Shown piece by piece: positions 19,975-28,858 of a DNA stretch of 64,000 bases. Under the pieces are notes generated by a model. That model was not told the DNA's origin and did not search any database. It was given only the letters and a program-made list of their open reading frames with translations. The translations under genes were made by a program, and so were the position numbers. How positions within the stretch are numbered: position 1 is the first letter of the stretch; each line of letters starts with the position of its first letter. The DNA lies in contig OMWW01000001.1 in the NCBI GenBank assembly GCA_900314865.1, positions 1,457-65,456 on the forward strand. The letters run 5' to 3'. This DNA comes from an uncultured Erysipelotrichaceae bacterium (lineage in GTDB: Bacteria > Bacillota_I > Bacilli_A > RFN20 > CAG-826).

Positions 19975-21371
19975 TATTCAATTTCCCTTTCTAGAATAGA
20001 AACTCCACTCTCTTTATCAAAAAGATGGACTTTCTGTTCGTTAAACGACAATTTGAATTGATCTCCAAGTCTCCAATTACCCACTTGATCAGTCGCGACG
20101 ATGAAGTCTTTGTCACTTCCCTGAACGTGCATAAATAAGTGAGTGGTTGTACCTAAGATTTCATATAAGGATAAGAAAGCAGTGAATCCTTTTTCAGTAA
20201 TATTAAGATGTTCAGCACGTACGCCTAATACACACTTATGCTTCGCGCCATCTAAATATAAAGGATTAATCTTTCTTAATTTCTTTCTATCTAATTTGAT
20301 TTCTTCTCCGTTTTCTAAAGTGAGAATGACATCTTTAAAGCCGTTACGACATTCAAAGGTAACGTCAAAGAAGTTCATTTGTGGGGTGCCGATGAATCCT
20401 GCAACAAAGGTGTTACATGGATAATTGAATAAATCGGTTGGTTTATCAACCTGTTGAATAACCCCATCTTTCATAACCACAATCTTAGTGCCCATGGTCA
20501 TAGCTTCTACTTGGTCATGGGTAACATATACGAAGGTTGTGTTTAGTCTTTGATGTAATTTAACGATTTCACTTCTCATCGAAGTTCTTAATTTTGCGTC
20601 TAAGTTTGATAATGGTTCATCTAATAGGAAGACTTTTGGTCCACGGACGATTGCTCTACCAAGAGCCACTCTTTGACATTGACCACCACTCATTTCTGAT
20701 GGTTTTCTTCCAAGTAACTCTTTGATACCTAAAATATCAGCGGCCCATTGAACCTTCTTATTGATTTCTTTTCTGTTATAGTGACGAACTTTGTAGAAAT
20801 CATTTCTTGTTAATGAGAGATTGTATTTCTTATTGAGTTCTTCTAATTGAGACTCAAAGTCTTTGTTTTCTAATAATTCTGATACTGATTCTAAGGATGA
20901 ATATTTTTCGACTTCACTTAATAAGGAAGGATCTTCTTTGGCCATTTCTTTGATCACATTAACGAGTTGATGGTTAACCACTGGTAATTTGGCTTTTCTA
21001 ATCTTCAAGCCAAAAGAGATATTACCGTAAGCGGTTAAATTTGGATAAAGCGCGTAGCTTTGAAACACCATTGCCATGTCTCTATTCATTGGATCGACAT
21101 TGTTAATGAGTTTGTCGTCCATGTAAAGTTCACCGGCGGTGATGTCTTCTAATCCTGCAATCATACGTAAAGTTGTTGATTTGCCGCATCCAGATGGGCC
21201 AACAAATACCACAAACTCACCATTATCGATTTCAAGATTAAAATCTTTAACCGCGGTAAAGTCTTTAGGTGCTTCTACTTTGTTTTTTGAAAATAGACGT
21301 TTAAAGATTGAAACTTTCTTGTCTCTAGATGGATAAATCTTATAAACATTCTTTAGCAATAATTTGGCCAT
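19974..21371 (-). CDS. msmK: ABC transporter ATPase, MsmK/MalK/UgpC-type, with ~85-aa insertion in the nucleotide-binding domain
   Basis: Walker A GPSGCGKST, Q-loop, signature LSGGQCQRVALGRA, Walker B FLLDEPLSNLD and a C-terminal regulatory domain. An extra segment lies between GLKIRK and the helical subdomain. Confidence 0.8.
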   Translation of the reverse strand: MAKLLLKNVYKIYPSRDKKVSIFKRLFSKNKVEAPKDFTAVKDFNLEIDNGEFVVFVGPSGCGKSTTLRMIAGLEDITAGELYMDDKLINNVDPMNRDMAMVFQSYALYPNLTAYGNISFGLKIRKAKLPVVNHQLVNVIKEMAKEDPSLLSEVEKYSSLESVSELLENKDFESQLEELNKKYNLSLTRNDFYKVRHYNRKEINKKVQWAADILGIKELLGRKPSEMSGGQCQRVALGRAIVRGPKVFLLDEPLSNLDAKLRTSMRSEIVKLHQRLNTTFVYVTHDQVEAMTMGTKIVVMKDGVIQQVDKPTDLFNYPCNTFVAGFIGTPQMNFFDVTFECRNGFKDVILTLENGEEIKLDRKKLRKINPLYLDGAKHKCVLGVRAEHLNITEKGFTAFLSLYEILGTTTHLFMHVQGSDKDFIVATDQVGNWRLGDQFKLSFNEQKVHLFDKESGVSILEREIE

Positions 21372-21395
21372 AAAAATAAGTCCTTAGAATGAATA

Positions 21396-21409
21396 TGGAA
21401 ACGTTTCCA
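21396..21409. promoter_or_regulatory. Perfect 14-bp palindrome TGGAAACGTTTCCA; LacI/CcpA-type operator candidate at the head of the fructan operon
   Basis: Seen directly, 25 bp upstream of the msmK-like start codon; same core as 5669-5684. Confidence 0.6.
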
Positions 21410-21861
21410 GATGTCTATATTCTATACACGTATAATACGCGTTGCAAGTACTAAATATTCAAAATAAAAAGGAAGGAAGTCAACTGAATTACTATTTCTT
21501 GTATAAATAGGAGCATGACACAATCACTTAACTATAATTAGAAATTCTCTCTAGACTTCAAAGAAGAATATCTCAAACATTTTAACTGTGGAGAATATAT
21601 AGATATTCCCCGTTCTGAGAAACAAGTTCCATATAACTATTCAATGAACAAGATTTAGGCGAACATATATCTGGGTATGTAAAAGTTAGAATTGATGTCA
21701 CGAAATATATCAAACAAAAAGAAATAGGCTCTTAGTCATTCTTGATTCTCATGAAGATGAACACATCCCACCTTTCGTTATGCGGTTGATTACCTCACTT
21801 TTAGTGGCATTTATCGTGAAGTATCGAAATTGAAAAGATGAATTATTTTAACGGAATAGGC

Positions 21862-21888
21862 AAAGAAAAAGTCCTGATTGTTAGGACT
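21862..21888 (-). terminator. Rho-independent terminator (AGTCCTaacaatcAGGACT followed by a T-run on the minus strand)
   Basis: Hairpin followed by a T-run immediately after the stop codon of the 21888-22094 gene. Confidence 0.6.
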
Positions 21889-22094
21889 TAATCATCGATT
21901 TTTCTTTTACGTTCTCTTGTACTGCTATCGTCGCAGCCACCACCAGAAATCGCGTTTAGTTGTTCATCGGTTAGTTCTACTCCCTCATCTTTGGCGAGTT
22001 GAATCAAATCCGATACATTATCAAATTTTTTAATCTTGGCGATTTGTTCTTTGGTTAAACCTTTTAATAATTCTTTTCTCATAACTAACCTCAC
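21888..22094 (-). CDS. Nif11-like double-glycine leader peptide precursor with short charged core (CDDSSTRERKRKIDD)
   Basis: Leader MRKELLKGLTKEQIAKIKKF...LAKDEGVELTDEQLNAISGGG matches the N11P/Nif11-type leader of the other copies and ends in GG. Has its own tandem box promoter and its own terminator. Confidence 0.65.
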   Translation of the reverse strand: MRLVMRKELLKGLTKEQIAKIKKFDNVSDLIQLAKDEGVELTDEQLNAISGGGCDDSSTRERKRKIDD

Positions 22095-22126
22095 TTTTTC
22101 TTTATCGATTATATTTTAGCAGCCAA

Positions 22127-22147
22127 GGTGCCACTAAAGTGCCACAC
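22127..22147 (-). promoter_or_regulatory. Tandem box promoter element (GTGGCAC-N4-GTGGCAC variant) upstream of 21888-22094
   Basis: Direct repeat seen in sequence. Variant of the TGTGRCAC-N3-TGTGACAA box found upstream of all the precursor genes. Confidence 0.5.
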
Positions 22148-22179
22148 TATTGTATTTTTTCATAATCTCTTACTTAATA

Positions 22180-23367
22180 TTAATTCTTTTTGCTAATTTC
22201 ATCTAACGCATCTTTTTGATGCTGATACACATCAATTATTCGTTCGATTAATTCAGGTGTATAGAAGTTGCTATTAGAAAGTATTTTTCTTATTTCTTCC
22301 TCAAAGCCATCTAATCTTGTTGGTTCATACCATGAATAGTCCCAACTTGATTCTAAAAAGCTAAATAAGAAATAAATAATAAAATATGATCCTTTATTAA
22401 GCTTTGTTATAAATTCTTTTCCAGTTTTACTCGTGCCAAAGGCTCCTGCTAAATCGTGTATTGGAGCGGGTTTAATCTTATTAGTTTTGGTGTTTCTAAT
22501 AACGCAGATATTATCAAAATGTAAATCGGAGATAAAACATAAAGATCTTAAACAAGATAATTTTACAAATAAATCATAGAGTTCAGGCATCCCAAATTCA
22601 GAAACCCTTTTAAAGAATTCTCTATTTTTTTCTTTATTATTATTCCTGCCTAAAAAAAGCTGATATAAGTCGTTAGGGAGAACTACGCTTAAAGGCACTA
22701 ATTCTTCATCTATATCTACTAAAGGTTTACAGATTGAACCGTATTTATCTCCGACTTTTACTAAATCATATTTTAAAACATCGTTTTCTTTTAAGATGCG
22801 GCAAGCAAGTCTAGAGGCTAATACTTCTCCTAAAGAGTCTTCATATTGATCTTTAACTATTCCTAACTTAATTAATTTAGGTCCGTTATCGTAAATCCAC
22901 CCTTTAACTGCCCAACCTTGAGTGACAATATCAGGGACATTTAAGTCGCATTTACTAAGTTCTTCGTATTTGCCGTTAAGGACCGCTCTAGCAAAAGAAT
23001 CATCCCATTTATTAGAGAAAAAATTAATATCTTCGTATTTTAAATCTTCTCCCTCTCTTTTAAACCAGTAATGATTACTTAAAGATAGTCCATGCCCTTT
23101 AAAGGCTAATTCAAAGGAATCTCTACAGCCGATATTTTTAATAATTAAATCGTAGTCCCAACGATTCTCACTAATTTTTCTAGAATTAAAAAACCTCAAT
23201 AGTCTCATGTTGTTACTATCATTATCTTTTTCAACTCCATAAGGGGCTAAATCAAAACGTTCTAATTCTTTAATAAGTCTAATTTTTGGTCTATTAACAT
23301 AATCCACAACAAAAGTTAAGACTTCATAGTCCTTATACATTAAAGTTAATGTTTCTTGATTATGCAT
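22180..23367 (-). CDS. HipA-like / protein-kinase-like fold protein (divergent)
   Basis: C-terminal catalytic-loop-like ISDLHFDNICVI followed by KPAPIHDL; compare HipA DDHAKNFS...LSPAYDL. Preceded directly by a tandem TGTGRCAC box at 23389-23410. Confidence 0.45.
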   Translation of the reverse strand: MHNQETLTLMYKDYEVLTFVVDYVNRPKIRLIKELERFDLAPYGVEKDNDSNNMRLLRFFNSRKISENRWDYDLIIKNIGCRDSFELAFKGHGLSLSNHYWFKREGEDLKYEDINFFSNKWDDSFARAVLNGKYEELSKCDLNVPDIVTQGWAVKGWIYDNGPKLIKLGIVKDQYEDSLGEVLASRLACRILKENDVLKYDLVKVGDKYGSICKPLVDIDEELVPLSVVLPNDLYQLFLGRNNNKEKNREFFKRVSEFGMPELYDLFVKLSCLRSLCFISDLHFDNICVIRNTKTNKIKPAPIHDLAGAFGTSKTGKEFITKLNKGSYFIIYFLFSFLESSWDYSWYEPTRLDGFEEEIRKILSNSNFYTPELIERIIDVYQHQKDALDEISKKN

Positions 23368-23388
23368 GTATTTATATTAATACATATG

Positions 23389-23410
23389 TTGTCACAGATG
23401 TGCCACAAAG
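23389..23410 (-). promoter_or_regulatory. Tandem box promoter element TTGTCACAgaTGTGCCACAA (plus strand) upstream of the HipA-like gene
   Basis: Same box as the precursor promoters; followed on the plus-strand side by a GGCC-aacaaag-GGCC hairpin. Confidence 0.5.
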
Positions 23411-23482
23411 AAAAAGGCCAACAAAGAGGCCTAATCTATTTAGATGAGCCATTTTGTCGTGTTTTTGCCTGTTCGCGAATAA

Positions 23483-23688
23483 GAAAAACCGAGCTTTACA
23501 CTCGGCTTACTTTGCATAAAGTGATTTGCTTTTCTTCCTTGATTTAATATTAGTTCATCAAAAACTATTTATTAACAATCCAGACAAAACCACAATCTTG
23601 ACAGGTGTTATTCCACCATTCAGCAATTGAATTTTCGTTATATTTAGTTTTAATTTTCTTAGAACCACATTTTGGGCAGGTAAAGTCT
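23483..23688. repeat. ~206-bp segment nearly identical to 28652-28858 (3' flank plus core of a decayed precursor copy)
   Basis: Direct comparison of the two stretches. Both contain the hairpin CCGAG-(6-8 nt loop)-CTCGG, the block TTACTTTGCATAAAGTGATTTGC and the out-of-frame core. Confidence 0.75.
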
Positions 23689-23790
23689 TTCTTTAGCGAC
23701 TTTTAATAATTCTTCTTGGTTTTTACACGCTTTAATTTTAGCGATTTGTTCTTCGCTTAATCCTTTAAGTAATTCATTTTTCATAATCAA
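23566..23790 (-). pseudogene. Decayed Nif11-like GG-leader precursor: leader intact (MKNELLKGLSEEQIAKIKACKNQEELLKVAKE), GG region deleted, zinc-ribbon core out of frame
   Basis: Own translation. In the +1 frame the 3' part reads TCPKCGSKKIKTKYNENSIAEWWNNTCQDCGFVWIVNK. Own box promoter at 23824-23846 and RBS AAAGGAG. Not in the ORF track (<60 aa). Confidence 0.6.
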
Positions 23791-23852
23791 AGTCTCCTTT
23801 GTTAACTTAACATTACCACACTACTTGTCACAGAAGTGCCACAAAGACAACA

Positions 23853-24341
23853 CTATTTCATTTCTTCTTTTTTAAGTTTGGCCATATTTATATGGCAATA
23901 CCCATTTGGGTTCTTATGTAGATAGTCTTGGTGATATTCTTCTGCAAGAAAAAATTTAGCGAGTGGAAGTATCTCAATTTTAAAATTATTATTCAAGTGA
24001 GTTGAAAAATAGTTCCTAATTATTTGTTCATCTTTGGAGTCTAGATAATAAACACCTGTACGATATTGTAAGCCTTCATCTTCTCCTTGTTTATTAAGAG
24101 AATACGGATCCACTACTCTTAGATATAATTCCAATAATTTTTCTAAAGAAATAATAGATTCATCATAATCAATTTTGACAGTCTCACTTGCAGTGTCTAA
24201 TCCCTTCTTTAAATCTTCATAACTAGGATTATCTAATTTACCGTTAGCGTACCCCACTTCAGTGGATTCCACCCCTTTTACCAAAGAAAAATACTTCTCT
24301 ACTCCCCAGAAACATCCACCTGCAAAATATATAGTTTTCAT
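23853..24341 (-). CDS. msrA: Peptide methionine sulfoxide reductase MsrA
   Basis: Active-site motif GGCFWG near the N-terminus, ~160 aa, conserved EYHQDY block. Confidence 0.9.
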   Translation of the reverse strand: MKTIYFAGGCFWGVEKYFSLVKGVESTEVGYANGKLDNPSYEDLKKGLDTASETVKIDYDESIISLEKLLELYLRVVDPYSLNKQGEDEGLQYRTGVYYLDSKDEQIIRNYFSTHLNNNFKIEILPLAKFFLAEEYHQDYLHKNPNGYCHINMAKLKKEEMK

Positions 24342-24376
24342 GCCCTTATTATATAAATTTTATATCCTATTTTGTA

Positions 24377-24400
24377 TGAAAAAGACCTCACAGTGAGGTC
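24377..24400 (-). terminator. Rho-independent terminator (GACCTCACtGTGAGGTC followed by TTTTT on the minus strand)
   Basis: Perfect 8-bp stem seen in sequence, followed by a T-run. Confidence 0.6.
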
Positions 24401-24419
24401 TTAACTAGTTTAGTTAACT

Positions 24420-24538
24420 CTATTCGTAATAAGTTGCTTTCCAAGTTTTGCCGCATGTTGGGCAAGTGAATTCGTAATATAATCCCTCGCCAAGTTCACG
24501 GTATAGATATTTGCCTTCAACAGAAGTGCCACAAAAGG
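24420..24538 (-). pseudogene. Leaderless remnant of a precursor core (..EGKYLYRELGEGLYYEFTCPTCGKTWKATYYE*) fused directly to a half box promoter
   Basis: Own translation of the minus strand; CPTCGKTW matches CPKCGKTW in the 28990 copy. Box fragment cagaagtgccacaa at 24521-24534 with no leader or ATG. Confidence 0.45.
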
Positions 24539-24543
24539 AAAAG

Positions 24544-25446
24544 CTATATTAATCCCGCTAAAGTGTTTAATATCATTCCAATAGAGACAAGAATAATTAT
24601 TAATAATAGTTGGAGTTTATTTTTGGATTTAAAGAATAACACTGTTGCTAAAGACACAATAATAAAGTCTAAACCAACGATCACATTAACAATCGCTGGA
24701 ATAGAATTTGAGTAAGAAAAGGCTGTGTATTTTAAGACAACCGTTAAAGCGTTAAATACCGCTCCGATAAAGATAAATAAAAGGACCTTCCATTTAATAG
24801 TGACCACTTCTTTAATTGATTTGGTAAATAAAGAAGAAAGTAACATCGCCCCAAATAGGAAAAATGTTTGATGAAATGAAACTACGTCAGAAGGTAAGTC
24901 ACTTAATTTTGTTTTCACAATTAATAAAACAAAGGCAAAAGCAATAACAGAGACTAGGGCAAACATCACCCAAAGAGTCTTAGCTTTAGGATTAATTTTT
25001 TTATTTAAAACAATATAAATTAGGGCCGCTAATAATAAAGCTAAACCAATATAATATAAGGCAACATTAATTGGCTTACCACCATTAGTGACTAAAGAAT
25101 ACGTAAAAATAACAAACAAAGTATTAGCAAAGAACAATGTTCCTGCACTACAAAATGGAGCAAAAGCTTCCAAGTGAGATCTTTTAATAGCGAGAAAATA
25201 AAATAGCCAATTTATGGCCATTAAAACTCCCACCAAAGAGAGCCAAAGCCACTGTTCAGTTGACAAACTATATAAAATAGGAACATGGCCACGAGCTAAA
25301 CAAATAAAAAAGCAGGCGATAACCATAAATAATGATTTAAGGACTGCATTAGTAATCGCTGAGGCTTTGTTAGCGCCAAGCTTATTAAATACGGTGTTGC
25401 CACTAGAGGCAAATAAAGCTAGGAAAGCAAATAAAATATATTCCAC
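24544..25446 (-). CDS. Polytopic membrane protein (~10 TM), possibly DMT/EamA-like transporter
   Basis: Hydrophobicity pattern only. Confidence 0.35.
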   Translation of the reverse strand: MEYILFAFLALFASSGNTVFNKLGANKASAITNAVLKSLFMVIACFFICLARGHVPILYSLSTEQWLWLSLVGVLMAINWLFYFLAIKRSHLEAFAPFCSAGTLFFANTLFVIFTYSLVTNGGKPINVALYYIGLALLLAALIYIVLNKKINPKAKTLWVMFALVSVIAFAFVLLIVKTKLSDLPSDVVSFHQTFFLFGAMLLSSLFTKSIKEVVTIKWKVLLFIFIGAVFNALTVVLKYTAFSYSNSIPAIVNVIVGLDFIIVSLATVLFFKSKNKLQLLLIIILVSIGMILNTLAGLI

Positions 25447-25493
25447 GATTATTAGAATACTCTTTTCTATAGAAAATAATAACTAGATAAATA

Positions 25494-26582
25494 TTATTGG
25501 TAGATGCTTGGTGGAATTACTTGTTCACGAACATCTTCCAAGAAGTCAATAACTTCAGTATAGACAGTTGGATCTTCTGGTAACCACATATCTCCTATGG
25601 GAGCACGAGCAGATTGGCCAGAACATTCAAAAGCCATGTTTGCGGTTTTAACACTTCCAGATTCTTCATCATATATCTCATTAAGATATTTAATTGTGTA
25701 TTTAAACTCTAAGAATTCACCAGTCTCTTTATCATATGTTAATTTTCCTTTAATATCGCCAGGAAAAATAACATCGATATATTCTTCTTTGATTTCATCA
25801 TTTTTATATACAAAGCTTAATTCAATTTTATCGTCTACTTCTTCTATTAATATATTGTGTCTAGTAATGAAGTTACTAATTTCTTGATCATTCATCTTCA
25901 CTAATTCTTTACAAGAAGAGAAATATAATCTATCTAAATATTCAATATTGCTTGGCGCGTCAAATAAATGAACGTTAGAAAAGATTTCTCTAAATGATCT
26001 AGTAGAAATAGAATCAAACAATAATTCTTTATCGATTTTAGCATTTAATTTTTGTCTAGATTCATAATCATAAGAATCACCATCAGTGACATCTAAAATG
26101 TTATAAACAAAAACATCTTCTTCATTGCTTTTTAAAGTCATTTGTTGATTTATACCTAAATTTTGATTAGTGGCGTAATCTCCACCAACCCTGGAAAAAG
26201 AAGACATCTTTGCGTTTTGAGTAATACGATATCCACCTTCGCCTTCTTTAATCGCATCAAAAACATTGACGTTACCATTTTCATCAACAACAGATTTATA
26301 TTCTTCACTAGATAAATCATAGTAAAAATCAAGGAATCCAAGACCAATATAATTAAAGTAACTTGATGATTTATCATCTTCATCTTTATAAACATCTAAA
26401 ACATCAAATTCTTGGGTGAACGTTGTTCCAATTGCCTTGGAGTGGAATTCAGATAAATCTTGTTTATTCAATAAAGTTTTTAGTTTATTAACTGCTTCAG
26501 TGTTAATAGTGTTAGGAACGGAATCATTACAAGACGCTAATCCGATAACAAGAGGCAATAATAAGAAAATATATTTTTTCAT
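25494..26582 (-). CDS. Lipoprotein of unknown function
   Basis: Signal peptide with lipobox GLASC; acidic extracellular domain. Confidence 0.5.
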   Translation of the reverse strand: MKKYIFLLLPLVIGLASCNDSVPNTINTEAVNKLKTLLNKQDLSEFHSKAIGTTFTQEFDVLDVYKDEDDKSSSYFNYIGLGFLDFYYDLSSEEYKSVVDENGNVNVFDAIKEGEGGYRITQNAKMSSFSRVGGDYATNQNLGINQQMTLKSNEEDVFVYNILDVTDGDSYDYESRQKLNAKIDKELLFDSISTRSFREIFSNVHLFDAPSNIEYLDRLYFSSCKELVKMNDQEISNFITRHNILIEEVDDKIELSFVYKNDEIKEEYIDVIFPGDIKGKLTYDKETGEFLEFKYTIKYLNEIYDEESGSVKTANMAFECSGQSARAPIGDMWLPEDPTVYTEVIDFLEDVREQVIPPSIYQ

Positions 26583-26592
26583 CTTTTACCTC

Positions 26593-28587
26593 CTAAACCA
26601 TGATTGTAACATCGCGTTTAAAACGATCTGAATTGAAATAGGCAGTATCTTTTTTATGGTCTAGTTCAATCTTTTTCTTACCACGATTATCTAAAGATAT
26701 AAATTGATAATACGCCCAATACTCACATCTATGACGTGGTTTTTTGGAATAAGATTTCATGGAGATGTTGTATTTTCTATTAATGGGCATAAATAGCTCC
26801 ATTTTTTCTTCAGTAGCATAGCTATAATAGCCAACCGCAAATCCTTGTTCGCAGTCTTCAATATCACTCTTACCTAAAATATGTCCTTCAACATTTACTA
26901 CACGTTTACCTTTTTTGTTATCTAATCTTAAGCCTAAATCATTAAAGCCAAAGAAATGCATTCTACCAAAATCAGCGTTATTTCTAAGTGGCACTACACT
27001 AATTTGATCACTATGAGAAGAATTATAGTTATCAATATAGTAACTATCCTGAGCTTGCATATGGGCTAAAGCCGTCTCGGCATAATGATTTTGAAAAATA
27101 TCACCCATATGAATAAAGATAGAAATTAATTCATTAGGTCTTTCCCAATAAGCACTACAAAGTGGTCCAAGTAATGCATTAACACAATTTTTAATTGCAC
27201 TAGCGTGTGGTCCAGCGAATTGTTGAATACATTTATCAAAATCTTTAAAATTACCAATAATTGAAGAAGACAAAATTGCTGCTCCTAGCATTTTAACGAT
27301 TAACAAAGGCGTAGAAGGCATGGAGCTTATTTTTTCATCTTTCATAACAAGCATCAATTCTTCTAATGGGCTTTGATATTTTTTAACAAAATCATTTCTT
27401 GAACCTAGATTAGAAGTTAGCTCTTCTAAAAACAGAGTTGTAGCAATATTAGAGTCATAATTTGCTTTTGTATTATCTTTAAGGTCACCAAAATCACCCT
27501 CAAACACATCAATAATCGCCGGAACAATTGTAATCATTTTGAGAAAGTCTTCTATTTTTAGACCATACATCCCAAAATTATCTGCAGTATATTTCACTTC
27601 ATCAGTTTGATTTACGATGTCAAATAAAGCTTTAAACACACGTCTATTACTTTCATAGTTAGAAGGGTCAAAGAATTTGGTGGTAATATATTTATCAACA
27701 CCAAAACGAGTAAACCCATATTCCGACATCCCAACTTTTGTTACGACATCATTAGGGTTAATAATATTAAAAATATTGCCATATAAAGCGTCTTTAGGGA
27801 GCTTAATGGTTTTAGAATTTACGTTTGCTCCCTGAGGGGCTTCAAAAGTATAAGTATAAATATCATCTTTATATAGTTGAACATTATCAAATACCTTTTC
27901 TCCCTTATCTAGATAAGAATCAAGTAACCCTGCGGTAATATTTATCACCGCTCCTCCTCGAGAAAACCCGGTTAACCATAATTTAATATGTCCACTGACT
28001 TGATTAGTTTCAATATAGTTTTTAATAAAGTTAATAGCTTTTATAGAAGCATTGTACCAACCTTCATGCATATAATCAGATTTGCTACCATCTCCTAAAT
28101 GCATATTATTGGCCCATTCACTGTAATATCCTCCAGATCTAGGAGCAACAGCAATTACTGTATAATCCGAAAATTCTTTTTTAGCTGCTGCTAAACCTAA
28201 AGAATCAAATCTCGCTGTTTGCTTATAGTCATCATTAGTAACAAATGAATTAAAACCTATAGTCTCTAATACTTCTTCAATATATTTTGGTTGAGAAAGA
28301 TACCACTGCTCAGTAAATGGAGGATAATCTGTATAAGTTGAAATTGATAGGCACAAAGAAGTAGTTGCTAAATGAGGATCATATTCATAGGCAGAATGTT
28401 CAAAATATGACTGGGAAAAATAAATATCACTTGTAAAAATTGATTTGCCTATTGGGCGTTCATTAGAAACATAAGAAAAAGTATATTTCTCAATCGGATA
28501 TGAGACATTCGCTCTTCGAGGTTCTACTCCACTAACTACACTAGCGGTTAACCCGGTTATCAGAAACAATAATCCAAATGCTTTCAT
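26593..28587 (-). CDS. Secreted alpha/beta-hydrolase, lipase/esterase-like (GxSxG)
   Basis: Signal peptide; nucleophile elbow LWLTGFSRGGAVINI (GFSRG); 664 aa. Preceded by a tandem TGTCACA box at 28628-28649. Confidence 0.5.
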   Translation of the reverse strand: MKAFGLLFLITGLTASVVSGVEPRRANVSYPIEKYTFSYVSNERPIGKSIFTSDIYFSQSYFEHSAYEYDPHLATTSLCLSISTYTDYPPFTEQWYLSQPKYIEEVLETIGFNSFVTNDDYKQTARFDSLGLAAAKKEFSDYTVIAVAPRSGGYYSEWANNMHLGDGSKSDYMHEGWYNASIKAINFIKNYIETNQVSGHIKLWLTGFSRGGAVINITAGLLDSYLDKGEKVFDNVQLYKDDIYTYTFEAPQGANVNSKTIKLPKDALYGNIFNIINPNDVVTKVGMSEYGFTRFGVDKYITTKFFDPSNYESNRRVFKALFDIVNQTDEVKYTADNFGMYGLKIEDFLKMITIVPAIIDVFEGDFGDLKDNTKANYDSNIATTLFLEELTSNLGSRNDFVKKYQSPLEELMLVMKDEKISSMPSTPLLIVKMLGAAILSSSIIGNFKDFDKCIQQFAGPHASAIKNCVNALLGPLCSAYWERPNELISIFIHMGDIFQNHYAETALAHMQAQDSYYIDNYNSSHSDQISVVPLRNNADFGRMHFFGFNDLGLRLDNKKGKRVVNVEGHILGKSDIEDCEQGFAVGYYSYATEEKMELFMPINRKYNISMKSYSKKPRHRCEYWAYYQFISLDNRGKKKIELDHKKDTAYFNSDRFKRDVTIMV

Positions 28588-28627
28588 TTCAAATATTCGC
28601 CTTAATAATTGTATTTTACATTATTAG

Positions 28628-28649
28628 GTGTCACAAATGTGTCACAAAA
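28628..28649 (-). promoter_or_regulatory. Tandem box promoter element GTGTCACAAATGTGTCACAA upstream of the lipase-like gene
   Basis: Same box as the precursor promoters; immediately preceded (on the minus strand) by the hairpin GCCGAGTGAAATATCTCGG plus a T-run. Confidence 0.5.
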
Positions 28650-28651
28650 AA

Positions 28652-28858
28652 GAAAAACCGAGATATTTCACTCGGCTTACTTTGCATAAAGTGATTTGCT
28701 TTTCTTCCTTGATTTAATATTAGTTCATCAAAAACTATTTATTAACAATCCAGACAAAGCCACAATCTTGACAGGTGTTATTCCACCATTCAGCAATTGA
28801 ATTTTCGTTATATTTAGTTTTAATTTTCTTAGAACCACATTTTGGGCAGGTAAAGTCT
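28652..28858. repeat. ~207-bp segment nearly identical to 23483-23688
   Basis: Direct comparison. Confidence 0.75.
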
